Shown here piece after piece: positions 15,496 through 26,265 of a stretch of 64,000 nucleotides of DNA. This stretch comes from the human T2T-CHM13v2.0 reference genome, Homo sapiens: NCBI RefSeq assembly GCF_009914755.1, contig NC_060929.1, one strand, 5' to 3'. The notes beneath the pieces are model-generated. The model had not been told where the DNA came from. It ran no database searches and worked only from the letters and a program-made list of their open reading frames with translations. Made by a program: the position numbers and the translations under genes. Numbering within the stretch: position 1 is the first letter of the stretch; each line of letters opens with the position of its first letter.

Positions 15496-16169
15496 ACAAA
15501 TAATTTGTTATTTATAATAAATATGAAAAAGAAAAAAGTCTGCTATGAGAGTATCCAATCCAATCTAGAAGGTTTAGGAGAAATAATTACGCCAATTGTA
15601 CCAACCTCTGTTAACCCAGTATACTGTAAGTGTTCAACAAATCTTAGTTATTTCTATAATCATCATTATAAAAGCCCCACTGTCCTTCAGAACAAGTTTA
15701 TCCTTAGGGTTTGAAAGATAAAAGATATCAATCCTATTATCTAGGAAGATCAGATAAACTGAACCCAACACCCAATTCCTCCATTTTAAAAACAAAACCA
15801 GGCAAGTATGGCTTCTTCATCCCAATTTTCACTCATATTTAACATATCCTTGAGCAATTATGTTGATGCTAAGGTTTCCTCAATAGTAGCTTAGACATGC
15901 CTGAAATACTGTAACCTGGTCTTTCTATGGCTGATTCTTTCAGTTCTCCGTTGAAATGTCCTCTCCTCCAAGAACCTTCCCGACTACCCAATCTAGCATA
16001 GCCTCCCAGTCATTCTCTACACTACATCACACTATTTTATTATTTTTATAGTATATATGACTATTTGAAGTTGCCTAGTACATTTATTTGCTTATTATTA
16101 TATATTTCTCCTTCAACCTTCAAAGTCTCATGAAAGCAGGGACTCATTTTATTCTCCCTATATCCTCAA

Positions 16170-16630
16170 GATACATCTTCCTTGCTAAAGATCCCAAGTT
16201 TTGTTTAGGTAGTTCACGTGAGCCAATTATGGTAATCCCATTATATCTAGCATAATTTGTTTACAGGAAGAAATTCTGTAGTTCTCTCTAATAAGGGATA
16301 AGAAGATGTCTCCTAAGCAACTTCAATAAAAAGTTTTCCTCCCTGATTGGTGAGACACAAAGAAAGAAAAACCCTGTCCTTCCTCCTGCCTTTACACTTG
16401 AGTGTGTAAGGGAGTGATGCTGGGAACCCGAGGCAGCCATGCTACATTCATGAGAGGAAGACCATGAGGATGGCAAAGAAGCCGATCCTGAACCCTGATG
16501 TTCTTGACTCAATGAATGAACTCTTACACTACCACTTCTAGACATCCTGTTATGTGAGATTTACTTTTAAACCTGATCAATTAAGCTGTTTTCTGTCTCC
16601 TGTTTTGATACCTGAAGCCAAAAGCCTAAT
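16170..16630 (+). mobile_element. Old MaLR LTR (MLT1J/K-like)
   Basis: GCAGCCATG...CATGAGG..., TTCTAGACATCCTGTTATGTGAGA and the 3' TGAAGCCAAAAGC resemble old MLT1 LTRs. Confidence 0.5.
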
Positions 16631-19600
16631 AAACTCAAGCCTGTTTCTTCCATAACATTAAGAGAAAACAGTACCTACAGCCTACTGGATTTGAGGGGAT
16701 TAAATGAGATAATGCAGACAAGTGCCAAACAAACAAGATACTCAAATGATAGCACTGCTGTTAATGTTAAGCAATAATTTTCTATGACAAAACACAAACT
16801 CTTTATATACTATTTAGGATTTTGTTATTTTACAAAAAATATTCACTTTAATCCTATTTAAAATGAGATCATTTTTAAAAGAATAATTTATTTACTTAGA
16901 TTTCTTCCATTAATAAAGTAGCTCTTGGTTTTTTCTCATCTAAAATAGACAAATAAAAGGAGAATCAGACAAATATCAGATCACTAAAATAAATCATATT
17001 AATTTCAGGTAAGAGCCTTTTTCTGTCATCAATTCCTCACCCAACTTACATGGACAGAGCTACATATATTTTCATCTATTATTCTTGCCTTTACAAATAT
17101 TTCATCAGTATTTTAATATGCTATAGATTTAAAGCTAATTAAAAATTAAAGCTATATTCGTAATTACAACCATACTCTTTAACACCTACAATTACAAAAA
17201 TATTTAAAACTAGAAAAAAAAAAACAAAGGGCTATATTTTAGCCTCTACAATTTTTTTTCTGTGCTGAACTACTTGTTTGACATTATAGCCATGAAGCAA
17301 AATTAACAGAGAAGATCAAAAATAGGAGATTGCCAGGTCATTCGTTTACACTCACTCTAGCTGAACTGTGATTTAAAATGTTACAATGGCTCATTATTGT
17401 CTGAAAGCTGTTTAGGGTCATACATGAAATGTAATTAACATTCTTAAAGGAAAAAGATGAGAGTAGTTTTGTCATTTCTAAAGAAATGACACCAACTGAA
17501 GTTTGTCTTTAAAAAAAAGAACAAAAAAATAAATATTAATTATGCCACTGCATTGAGACTGCCCAGGCTGATTTGAGTCCAGATGAATTTTTGGTCCTAT
17601 AATTATAAGAAAAACATTAACAGTTCCATTTTTCAAAAATTCTTAACTATTAACTTACATGACAAAAATTACCATTTACCAATTATGACCAATCAGAAAT
17701 GTTAAAGTTATCTGGAAAAACTCTATTCTTCCCCAGGCAGTCCATATTTCCACTTGTTTTTTAATGTCCTCACACAAAGAATAAAATAGGTTGCAGAAGA
17801 AGAGCCTCTGCTATTTCTCTAACTACTGAAAACAGGCAAGACATTAATCTTGGTGGACCACCCTTCAGCTCACCTTTTGTAGTATGTATAGGGTTTTAAT
17901 CTAATAGTCAAGTAACTCTCACAGTCCAAGTTATGCTAGGTTATATACATACGTTAACAAAACCTTGCATGAATACATGCTACATTTGTAAAATACACAA
18001 AGTTTGATCAAATGTTTAAAATCGGGAATATTATTTATATTCCAAACGCTTCAGATATTAACAAATGAATCTTATTCTATTGCTCCAATGCTATTTTAAG
18101 TCCACCCTTTCAGAAACAGTAAGTTCTTAATAAAATTAATATTTTAGCATACGCTTACAGAGGCTCACATGTCACTAGCATGCAAATATATAATCTGTAA
18201 TTCCCACACCAATGGCAAAGCAATAACATACACACAATAATAGAGAATAACCTCATGTGTTCCAAAATAATTTTGAAATCCTATTTTTAAATTATATATT
18301 CCTAGTAGTTCCATGTCTTTCAAACTCAGTACTTTTGTCCTATGTCCCAGGATTAATGCAATGGTTGTGATTTCTATGGAAGAAAGAAGATTCTAAATTT
18401 GAATTGTTTTTTCCCCCAAATTTTACTTCTAACTCTCAACTACTGAGGTGAAGTATTAATAAACATTAATAAACTGCAACCTGGGTATTCCAGCCCCTGC
18501 CCCACAGAGTATGCTCTAATCTTAAAACAAAATAATTCTAGAAGTGATTAAAGATGAAAGGCATATTTGGTCTATTACTGCAGAACAACTAAAATGTAGT
18601 GATTTTGTCTGCATCCTAAATTGGTTTTATGTGGCAAACTGGCTTTGAAAGCGTGAAACTGAAAACTTTCAACTTTTTTCTCTCACAGCTCTGAAAAAAA
18701 ATTACAATATTACTACTACTTCTAAGAGTCACAATTAATCTCTGGATAAACAATACCAAAACTTAACTCTGAACATCTTACACAGATTCTTTCTTTAGAT
18801 ATGTTCCTTAAAAATAGGGGTTTTTTTGATACTTCTGAAATAACAGAAAAAGATCAATCAAAAGCTAACATGACATTTCGGATACAAGTTAAACAACTTG
18901 TATTTTGGGGGAACATCCTGGAGACTGAAAGGGGGAGGGGCAATTTAATATTTTACACAAAATTTCACTTCCATAAGATACTCCTTCATTAGTTTTGGAA
19001 ATCCTGAATTGTGCGAATTGCTGTCAAGTAAGTTTCTGAAGAGATCTCTATTACTTTTCTTGCCTTATTCCTTCAGAAAGAAAGAAAGGTTTGTCATTTT
19101 TCTTTGCAGGGGGTACCTTAATGATGGGGGAATGCTTTAATTACTTTAATGGTAGAAGGGGAGAACAAGGTGATGCTGGCAGATATTAATCCCTTTTATA
19201 TGAAGTGGCATTTAAATGTTCATTATACTGTAACTACTTTGAAATAAGCATATGGTATTTGCTTCTTGGTATATTCAACTAACATTGAAAATTTAAAAGC
19301 CAAAGTTACTTTTCAGAGCTCAAGATTAGACAGTTTGATTCTTGTAGTTTCTGGCTAGTTTACTAAATAAAAGTCGGTATATATTATGTGTATCTTTTAT
19401 GTTCAACTTTGCTTTCTAGCAGATTCATCTTTCTGTGCTTTACATAAAAGATCAAATTAGTTTAATAAAAAATTAATATCACTACTCATCTATTTGCAGG
19501 TGCCAGTTACTCTTTCTGCGGTAGTGTGGCATACTGTGTGGCTTTAAGTTCAGCAACATTTCATATAGGAATTGTTCACAACTATTATGTTTAACTTTAA

Positions 19601-19919
19601 AACAAGCAATCAAACAAAATTCCTGGGGGGGGGGGGAATCTGAAGAAACAAGTTTTCGTCATTATGTTAGGCTTCCAACTTTCCTAAAATTTCTGTGCCT
19701 TCTCCCACACCATACACAGATCTGCAAAGCATCAGGGTGCACCAGTGGTTAAGACTGCATATTTGATCAAATCTTTAAAGTCTGTCACATCTGATTATGT
19801 AATGCTGTTCCCTAAATCTGTAGCATCCTACCCTAGTTCAGGAAGACAATCTGGTACACTGAAAAATGTATCTTTCAGCTTCAATCACAGGTTCTAAAGT
19901 TAGAGAAATCTGTGTTAGA

Positions 19920-20110
19920 AACCCAGCTTTCCTGTTTTCTAGCATTGTATCCCTCGGTGAGTTCTTTAACCATTCAGGGTCTTAGTTTTCATATTTCTTT
20001 AATGGAGGAAAAAAAAAGCAACTGTCTTGTAGATTTGTTGGGAGAATTAAGAAAAAAATATACATAAAACACTGAACATAGTGACTGGCACACAGGATGG
20101 CAAATAAATA
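19920..20110 (+). mobile_element. MIR
   Basis: TCTTTAACC...CTTAGTTTTCAT...GTTGGGAGAATTAA...AGTGACTGGCACACAG. Confidence 0.55.
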
Positions 20111-23100
20111 ATAGTTATTTTTGTTGTATTGTTGTTTAGGGGTATTTCTGAAATACAACTAAGCTAGAGAATGTGAAACTCAAACTTACAAGTCCTTATT
20201 TTGGAGGTCACTGAAAAAAAATTTTTTTACATTGAAAAAATTCCTTTGAGTCTAACATCTTCAATAACAATAATTTATTGATGCTTTTGGTATTAGAAGG
20301 CACCTTAATGTTCAAGATACCTCAGAGAAGAAATTAGATTATCTCCTACCCTCAACAAACTTATATTTTAGGGAAAGTTAAACATTAAACAGCCAATCAC
20401 GGTTATTTAATCACAATTGCGATTAGTGTTATAAAGAAAGCCTGCTAAAGGAAGAAATGACCTAACAAGATCAGAATTAAAATTTCTAAATCCCACCTCC
20501 CTCCAAGGGTTTTCAATCACTCCCTCTATAATTAAGACTTGATCTGCTTTTCTTAAAATGACAGAGTAAGTAACTAATCTTACCCTGATCATTTTTATCA
20601 GAACTGTATACTGAAATTACAGGAATTGTGTAAAACCAATAATTCACTTCAAATATTTCATATAGTGACTTCCTAATGAAAGACAAAACAAAGATCTAAT
20701 ACAGGTAAGCACTTGTCAACTATTCACCATGAACTCATGTTAGAAAACACATTTCTTGATTATAAAACCAATGTGCTTATTTCCTAAGCATGCTATTATT
20801 TATAATAATGACTCCTTTTGCAGAATGTTTTTGTTAAAATGAGTATTTGTTACAGAAACAAATTATTTCTGTGATTTTTAAGATAAGAACAGTTCTAATT
20901 TGCTTACTAAAGGAGAATTCTTCACCTTTTATAATCTGTTACCTTAAAAATTAAGAACAAAAATCTGGTGACATCCATTTTAATGATGACTTCAAGATTC
21001 CTACCTTCAGATGTTAGTACATTGTTGCAGAATAGTGCCATTAAAGTCCCAAGTAAACATAAAGAGAAAAACCGAGAGATTAGATCAACTCTCCCACCAA
21101 GATGAAATTAAGTTTATTCTATAAGACAGAACCTACGTCGATGTTTGTCTTAGATTCAAACAACATTAACCTAGAAATTAATGCAACGACAATTAACCCA
21201 GAACAGTCATTGTCAATTCTCCAAAAGCGGCCTCTTCACCTATATTTAAGTTCATAAGGCAAACCAGTCAAGAATTCCTGCTGCCAATTGAAATGAATGG
21301 AAGAAATATATTTAAATCAAATAGCACCATCTAGCAGAACCCTGATCTGCTCACGAGAGTAGATATTACTTGGTGTTCAGTTTGGTAGATTTGACAGCAA
21401 AGTGGCAATTATTTGTTTTCCTGGTGGGAAATCACAGAATTAGAGCTAGAAAGGACCACAGTTATGCAAGTTCCAACATCCTTGTTATTATCTGAGAAAC
21501 TAAAAAAAAAAATCAAGCAGTCCTCAGGATACTGAGTGGGATTCAACTAAAGTTCACCCCTTCCTGGAAGTTCACCTAAAATCTAAAATTACTTTGATTC
21601 TCAAATTCAGTCACCCCCAAAATAAGATCATGCCTCAATACATTTCAATCACTCTGACTAATGTGAAATTCAAATATTCTGTGATCATTAAAACATCCTC
21701 CTTCAGATGTTTTTATCAGGCACATTATAACAAAATGATTAATGCACACAAATGAGACTGCATTTCAAAACTTCAATTCTAGTAACTGCCGTTTCTTAAC
21801 CAGGCTATAACGCTATGTCTTTTATATACTACTTGTCACAGCAACAAGATCCTGAATGCAGCTCAGAAAATATCTCTTGCAAAAAAACAAAAAAGCCTCT
21901 CTAATTTTTGTTTTGTTTTGTTTTGCTTTGCTACATCAAGGCCTGATACCTCTAAATCCTATGGGAATTGAGTGTGTTGCTGCCAACACAAAGATTAGGA
22001 AATGTTCCCATCCCTAGGGCACACAAAACTTTCAGGGGGAGACTAACTGCCTAAACCAAGGAGGGAAACTCAGTCGCCTGCGCATTCGGTTTTTATTTAC
22101 GCAGCTATTTCTGTGCGCAAGGTAACCAAAGTACCTTTGAGAGATGCTCTCAGACTTTTTCTCTGGTCTGAACCCCCTCAGAAAGACAGGGTGCGTTCAA
22201 CGACAAGGATAACTCTGACCCTCAGAGTTTAAGTGGTTACTGGGAATCACTGATCTGTTGCACAGTTTAAAAAAAAAAGGGGGGGGTTCTTCCTCAGTGA
22301 TCACAGTCACTATTCGTTCTCATTTTTAGTAACAACCAAATCACCGTTACAAGTACACAAGAATAGCAGCAAACCGCTTTGCTTTGCAGTGTGCCGTGAC
22401 AGTGGCATCCCGGGCCGGGAGGGGCTCTGTTCTCGCCAGCCGCCTCTTGGGCTCCCACCGAAGTTAACACCTGTATCTCCCCACAACTGTAACCAAGCGG
22501 CTCCTTCCCACCTGAACGCTTCTCCCCTCCCACAAACCCCTTTTCGGACCACTGGCCCTCCCCGCCACAGCTGCCCTCCTCGGGCGCCCCCGGCGGCTCC
22601 CACAACTCCCCTCCGCGCGCCCCCGACCACCGCCCCGCCGGGCCCGCCCCTCCCGCCGCTCGGGGGCTGCCAGCCTCACAAAAAGTTCGCCAGCCGCCGC
22701 CGCGGAGTTGGGTCCGCTGCGAGAGGCAGAAACGCCAGCCTCCTCCAGCGGATCCCGCTCCTCGCCAACACACTTTAGCTCCCCGGGAACTCGGTCCCTC
22801 TCCGACTCCCAAACTTCGGCGGCGTCTCCGGCGCCCACCCGCCCCCGCCCCCGCCCCAGCCCCAGCCCCAGCCCCGCGATGCGCGGGGGACTGCGGGCGC
22901 CGCGTCCGTAGCTGGCCCAGGAAAGCCCGGACGCCCAACCCGCACACGCCCTCCGCGCCCCGCGCGCGTCTCCGCGCCCCGCGGGGCCCCGCTCGGCCGC
23001 TCCACGCCCGGCTTCCGCCCGCCGCGCGCCCGGCACCGCCGCCCTCGCCTCGCCTCGCCCCGCGCTCGCGGCCCTAAGCCCCAGCGCCCAGGCCCCCGCC

Positions 23101-23582
23101 GCCGCGCTCCCCGCGCTGCCCGCCCCGACCCCGGCCCCGACCCCGGCCGGCCCGCCAAACACCCACATTCCCACTGCGCGCCTTCCTCCACGCAGCTGCC
23201 CCTCCCGCCACCCCCGGCGGCTCCCCAGGTCCCCGGAGCCCCGGACCCCAGCTCTAAAGTTACTTTGGAAGGTGAACCCGCGGGTTATTTCCCTCAATCA
23301 CCCAAACAAGTTTCCATCCTCGCCACCAGCACCACCGCCGCCCCTCAACACACCCGGTCCCTCCCGCCGACAGCCCCCTGCGGCCGCCCGCCCAGCGCCC
23401 GCACCTCCCGGGAAAGCGCAGCTCCCCGCACCACACGCCCCCATCGCGGCACCCCTCCCCCTGCCAGCCCACCCCCGGCGCTCCCCGGGCGGAGAGTGTC
23501 TGTGTCTCCCAGAGTGTGCGAGTGCGTGCGTGAGTGTGCGCGCGTGTGAAGGCGGAGGTGGGTGAGAAGCGGAGACACTTAC

Positions 23583-23644
23583 TTCTCCCGGGCCTGGCTG
23601 TCGGACGGGACGGCGCTGCTGTTACTCTTGCCTTTGCCGTACAT
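23583..23644 (-). CDS. SSBP2: SSBP2 (single-stranded DNA-binding protein 2 / SSDP2) first coding exon, 62 nt, phase-2 donor
   Basis: The reverse complement from 23644 reads ATG TAC GGC AAA GGC AAG AGT AAC AGC AGC GCC GTC CCG TCC GAC AGC CAG GCC CGG GAG AA|GTAAGT = MYGKGKSNSSAVPSDSQARE(K). I recognise this as the SSBP2 N-terminus preceding the LisH/LUFS domain. A at -3 (acaagcATG), canonical GTAAGT donor at 23582-23577, inside a CpG island. Too short to appear in the ORF track. Confidence 0.96.
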
Positions 23645-23681
23645 GCTTGTGCCGAGAGCAGCTCCCACTGTCACGCACCTG

Positions 23682-23690
23682 TCAACCCAT
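23682..23690 (-). other. Upstream ORF 2 (ATG GGT TGA)
   Basis: gtgATGG context (G at -3, G at +4). Its A is shared with the uORF1 stop (TGATG). Confidence 0.5.
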
Positions 23691-23722
23691 CACAGCCTCC
23701 CCGGGAACAGCCCCGTCCCCAT
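23690..23722 (-). other. Upstream ORF 1 (MGTGLFPGRL*) in the putative SSBP2 5' leader
   Basis: gccATGG strong Kozak context at 23722; 10 codons then TGA (23692-23690); same frame as the main ATG (78 nt upstream). Confidence 0.5.
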
Positions 23723-23747
23723 GGCGACCCACGCAGCCACCCCCACT

Positions 23748-23777
23748 ATTGGCCGCCCCACGCCAAAGCTCCGCCCC
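23748..23777 (-). promoter_or_regulatory. CCAAT box with adjacent GC (Sp/KLF) boxes
   Basis: Plus strand ATTGG 23748-23752 (CCAAT on minus) abuts CCGCCC 23753-23758, with a second CCGCCCC at 23771-23777, ~105-130 nt upstream of the ATG. No TATA box seen. Confidence 0.55.
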
Positions 23778-26102
23778 CTTCGCCCAGGCAACGCGCGAGA
23801 CTGACAGGCCTCCCCCTCCCTCTGGCCTTCCGAAGCGCGCGGTGGCGGCTAAGCCTCAGCGGCAGTCTCCTCCCTCCTTCCCTCCCTCCCCGACTCCCTC
23901 CCTCCCGCCTTCCCTCTCCGCTCTCCTCCCTCCACCCGCTCTCCTTCCCCCTCCCCCCTCCGAACCCGGGCGCAAGGGGGGAATTAGAAACTGCTCTAGA
24001 AGGATTTTAAACAACTGGCTGTTCTCTCCGCCGCCACCCCTCCCCCCGCGCCGCCCGCGCTCAGCTCCTCACTGGAGAGAAGGCGCCGGGAGGAGGAGAA
24101 ACTGCGGCCTGGAGTCTCCGGCCGGAGCCGGCGGAGCTGGAGCCGTGGCGGCCCCAGACTTCGGGGCGCCCGCCGAGTCCACGACAGAGCCACGGCCTCA
24201 GCCGCCCTGGGGCCCCCACCAGCCCCTCTCCCGCTCCTCTCCTATGCGTGACCCCGCGCCGGTACCCACGATTGATTTTTGCGGTCCTCAGCCCTACTCC
24301 CTGGGGTGTCGCCCCCGCCCTGTTCCCAGAGGGCCGGCTGGCGAGGGACACCCGCGCGGTTCCCTCGACCTTCTGGCTGAGCGACCGACAGCGACTCGCC
24401 TTCTCTCCTGGGGAAAGGCTGCACCTCCGGCCCTCGGCGCCGCTGCGGTGGCGGCGCCCGGGGCCGCGCCCTGCGCCCCAGGGGAGCACCCGGCCTGGGG
24501 TCGGCCTCCTCTGTAAGAGGTGAGCGGACCTCCCGAGGAGGCCCGGTGACTCCTGCGGCCGCAGCGGCCCCTGCCCCAACCCCTTCTTGCACGGAGCCCC
24601 GCGGCGCCCTGGACACCCCGCCAGATCTGCCGCAGAAGAGGGCCCCAGGCTTCCCCACCCGGCCTGGTTTAACAGTTTGGGTCAGTGATGCCTATTCATC
24701 CTGACCCCTGGAGTGGAAAAGGCCAGAAAAGGTCTTGAAAGACTTCCCTGTCCTTGCCCGTTAGAATAGGCCCCAGCGCGCTCCAAGGTGTACAAAGCTG
24801 TGCCAGGGCTGAAAGGCTGCCCGAGAATGTTTCTGTATCCAAATCCCTAATCCCATTTCAGTAAACGCGCAAAAGTTTCAGAAACACACACAATCTGGTT
24901 CCCAGTAGAACTCTGCATCATTTATCTTATTGAAGTCCTTGACTGTAAAATCAGACGGGTGCAAATGGGGTTAGAAAGAAGATGGGCTTCACACGGGGAA
25001 GAAGGGGACAGATGGGGTGGGACAGGGCGACATCTGGAAAGGATGAATAGACAAGAAGTAGCTATGGGAGGAGAGGGAAATCGGATTCGCGTGGAGGAAG
25101 GTACCGTTCTATTCCACACACACACAGCTTTAAGCATTTAGTAGGAGGATCATAAAATGCATATGGAGATATACAGATAGATGGAAAGGAAAGAAATGGG
25201 TGTGAGCATTGACAGAAGTGATAGGAATAAAACATCAACAGATGATTAAGGAAGGGCAGTTAGCAAAAGTGAGAGGTCGAGAATCAAAAACGCGGTTGGC
25301 AACCAGACATAAAGACGGGAAAATGAAGAGGAAGGACTTTCTATACTGGTGTTAATGACAAGGAAAAAAACATGAGGAAAGTGAGGTATAAAAAGATGAG
25401 AAGACTAGAAGATACAGGATTAAATGAAGAAGCCATAGAGTGTGATAGCAAAAGATTAAAAGTAATAGAGGACAGACATTATCGTTAAAAAAAAGATATA
25501 AGAAAAAAAGCACTTTTATTAAAAGGACAAAAATTAAGCCAATAAAGGAAATGAGGGGGGAAAAGTGGGGGAAAAAAATACACTGGCTTAAGTAGATTAA
25601 TTTCCAAGAGATGTAATTTGCCATTTCTGACTTAAGAATTCTTCTGTCAGTTTCTAATGACCTACAGTTATTGGGTGGTTAGGATATGGCATTCATATTC
25701 TTCTTTTTGTTTCTAATGACCTGCAATGATTGGGTGATTGAAGCGAAGCTGAGCCAGTCAGCCTCTCTTAATGAACTTTTGCTCAAAATGCTCAAATGTG
25801 TATAAGGTTGCCACAGTTTACAGACTCAACTTCAAGGTTAGCATTATGTAATTTTTTTGTTCAATTATCTACTTCCATTGGCCTTAACCCAGAAAATTTT
25901 TAGTATATCAAGGCTCCATCTCTTATAGAATACTCCCTATAAAGGTGCTGCTCAGAGAATGCTGTCAGTTCTCAGAGAGCTCTGGCAGCTTCTCAGACAC
26001 CCTCCTGCCTGCCCCTGGAAAAACGAACCAAGGGTGGGCTTTGTCCTACTATCCAAAAACAAAGTAGGTATTATCCTTGCACTGGTGTTGGGACTCTCTT
26101 AA

Positions 26103-26265
26103 CTATGGTTCTCAATCATGGCACGTTAGAATTGCCTTTATTTTCATTGTTGTTGGGTTTTGTTTGTTTGTTTATATACTAACTGGATCAGAAACCTTGG
26201 GGATGGACCCAGGTACCTGCATTTTTTTCATAAGCTCCACGTGGTTCTTGTGTATAACCAGGGCT
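26103..26265. mobile_element. MER5-like hAT-Charlie element
   Basis: TGGTTCTCAA start; ATCAGAAACCTTGGGGATGGACCCAGG..TGCATTTTT..AAGCTCC. Confidence 0.55.

Larger units (their letters stand above)
22370..24790. promoter_or_regulatory. CpG island / SSBP2 promoter, 5' UTR and start of intron 1
   Basis: Abrupt switch from AT-rich CpG-depleted DNA to very GC-rich DNA dense in CpG and CGCG, with many GC boxes; spans the first coding exon. Confidence 0.95.

Noticed and set aside
19625-19636. G12 homopolymer
   Set aside because: Isolated mononucleotide run with no supporting context.
17000-22300. Scattered TAATTA/CTAATTA homeodomain (LIM-HD-like) motifs in repeat-poor intron
   Set aside because: Expected by chance in AT-rich DNA; cannot be called without conservation or ChIP data.
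22294-24658. Cluster of long overlapping ORFs on both strands (up to 289 aa)
   Set aside because: Expected from stop-codon scarcity in a CpG island. Products are Pro/Gly/Arg/Ala low-complexity, many use GTG/TTG starts, and none is the real SSBP2 frame.
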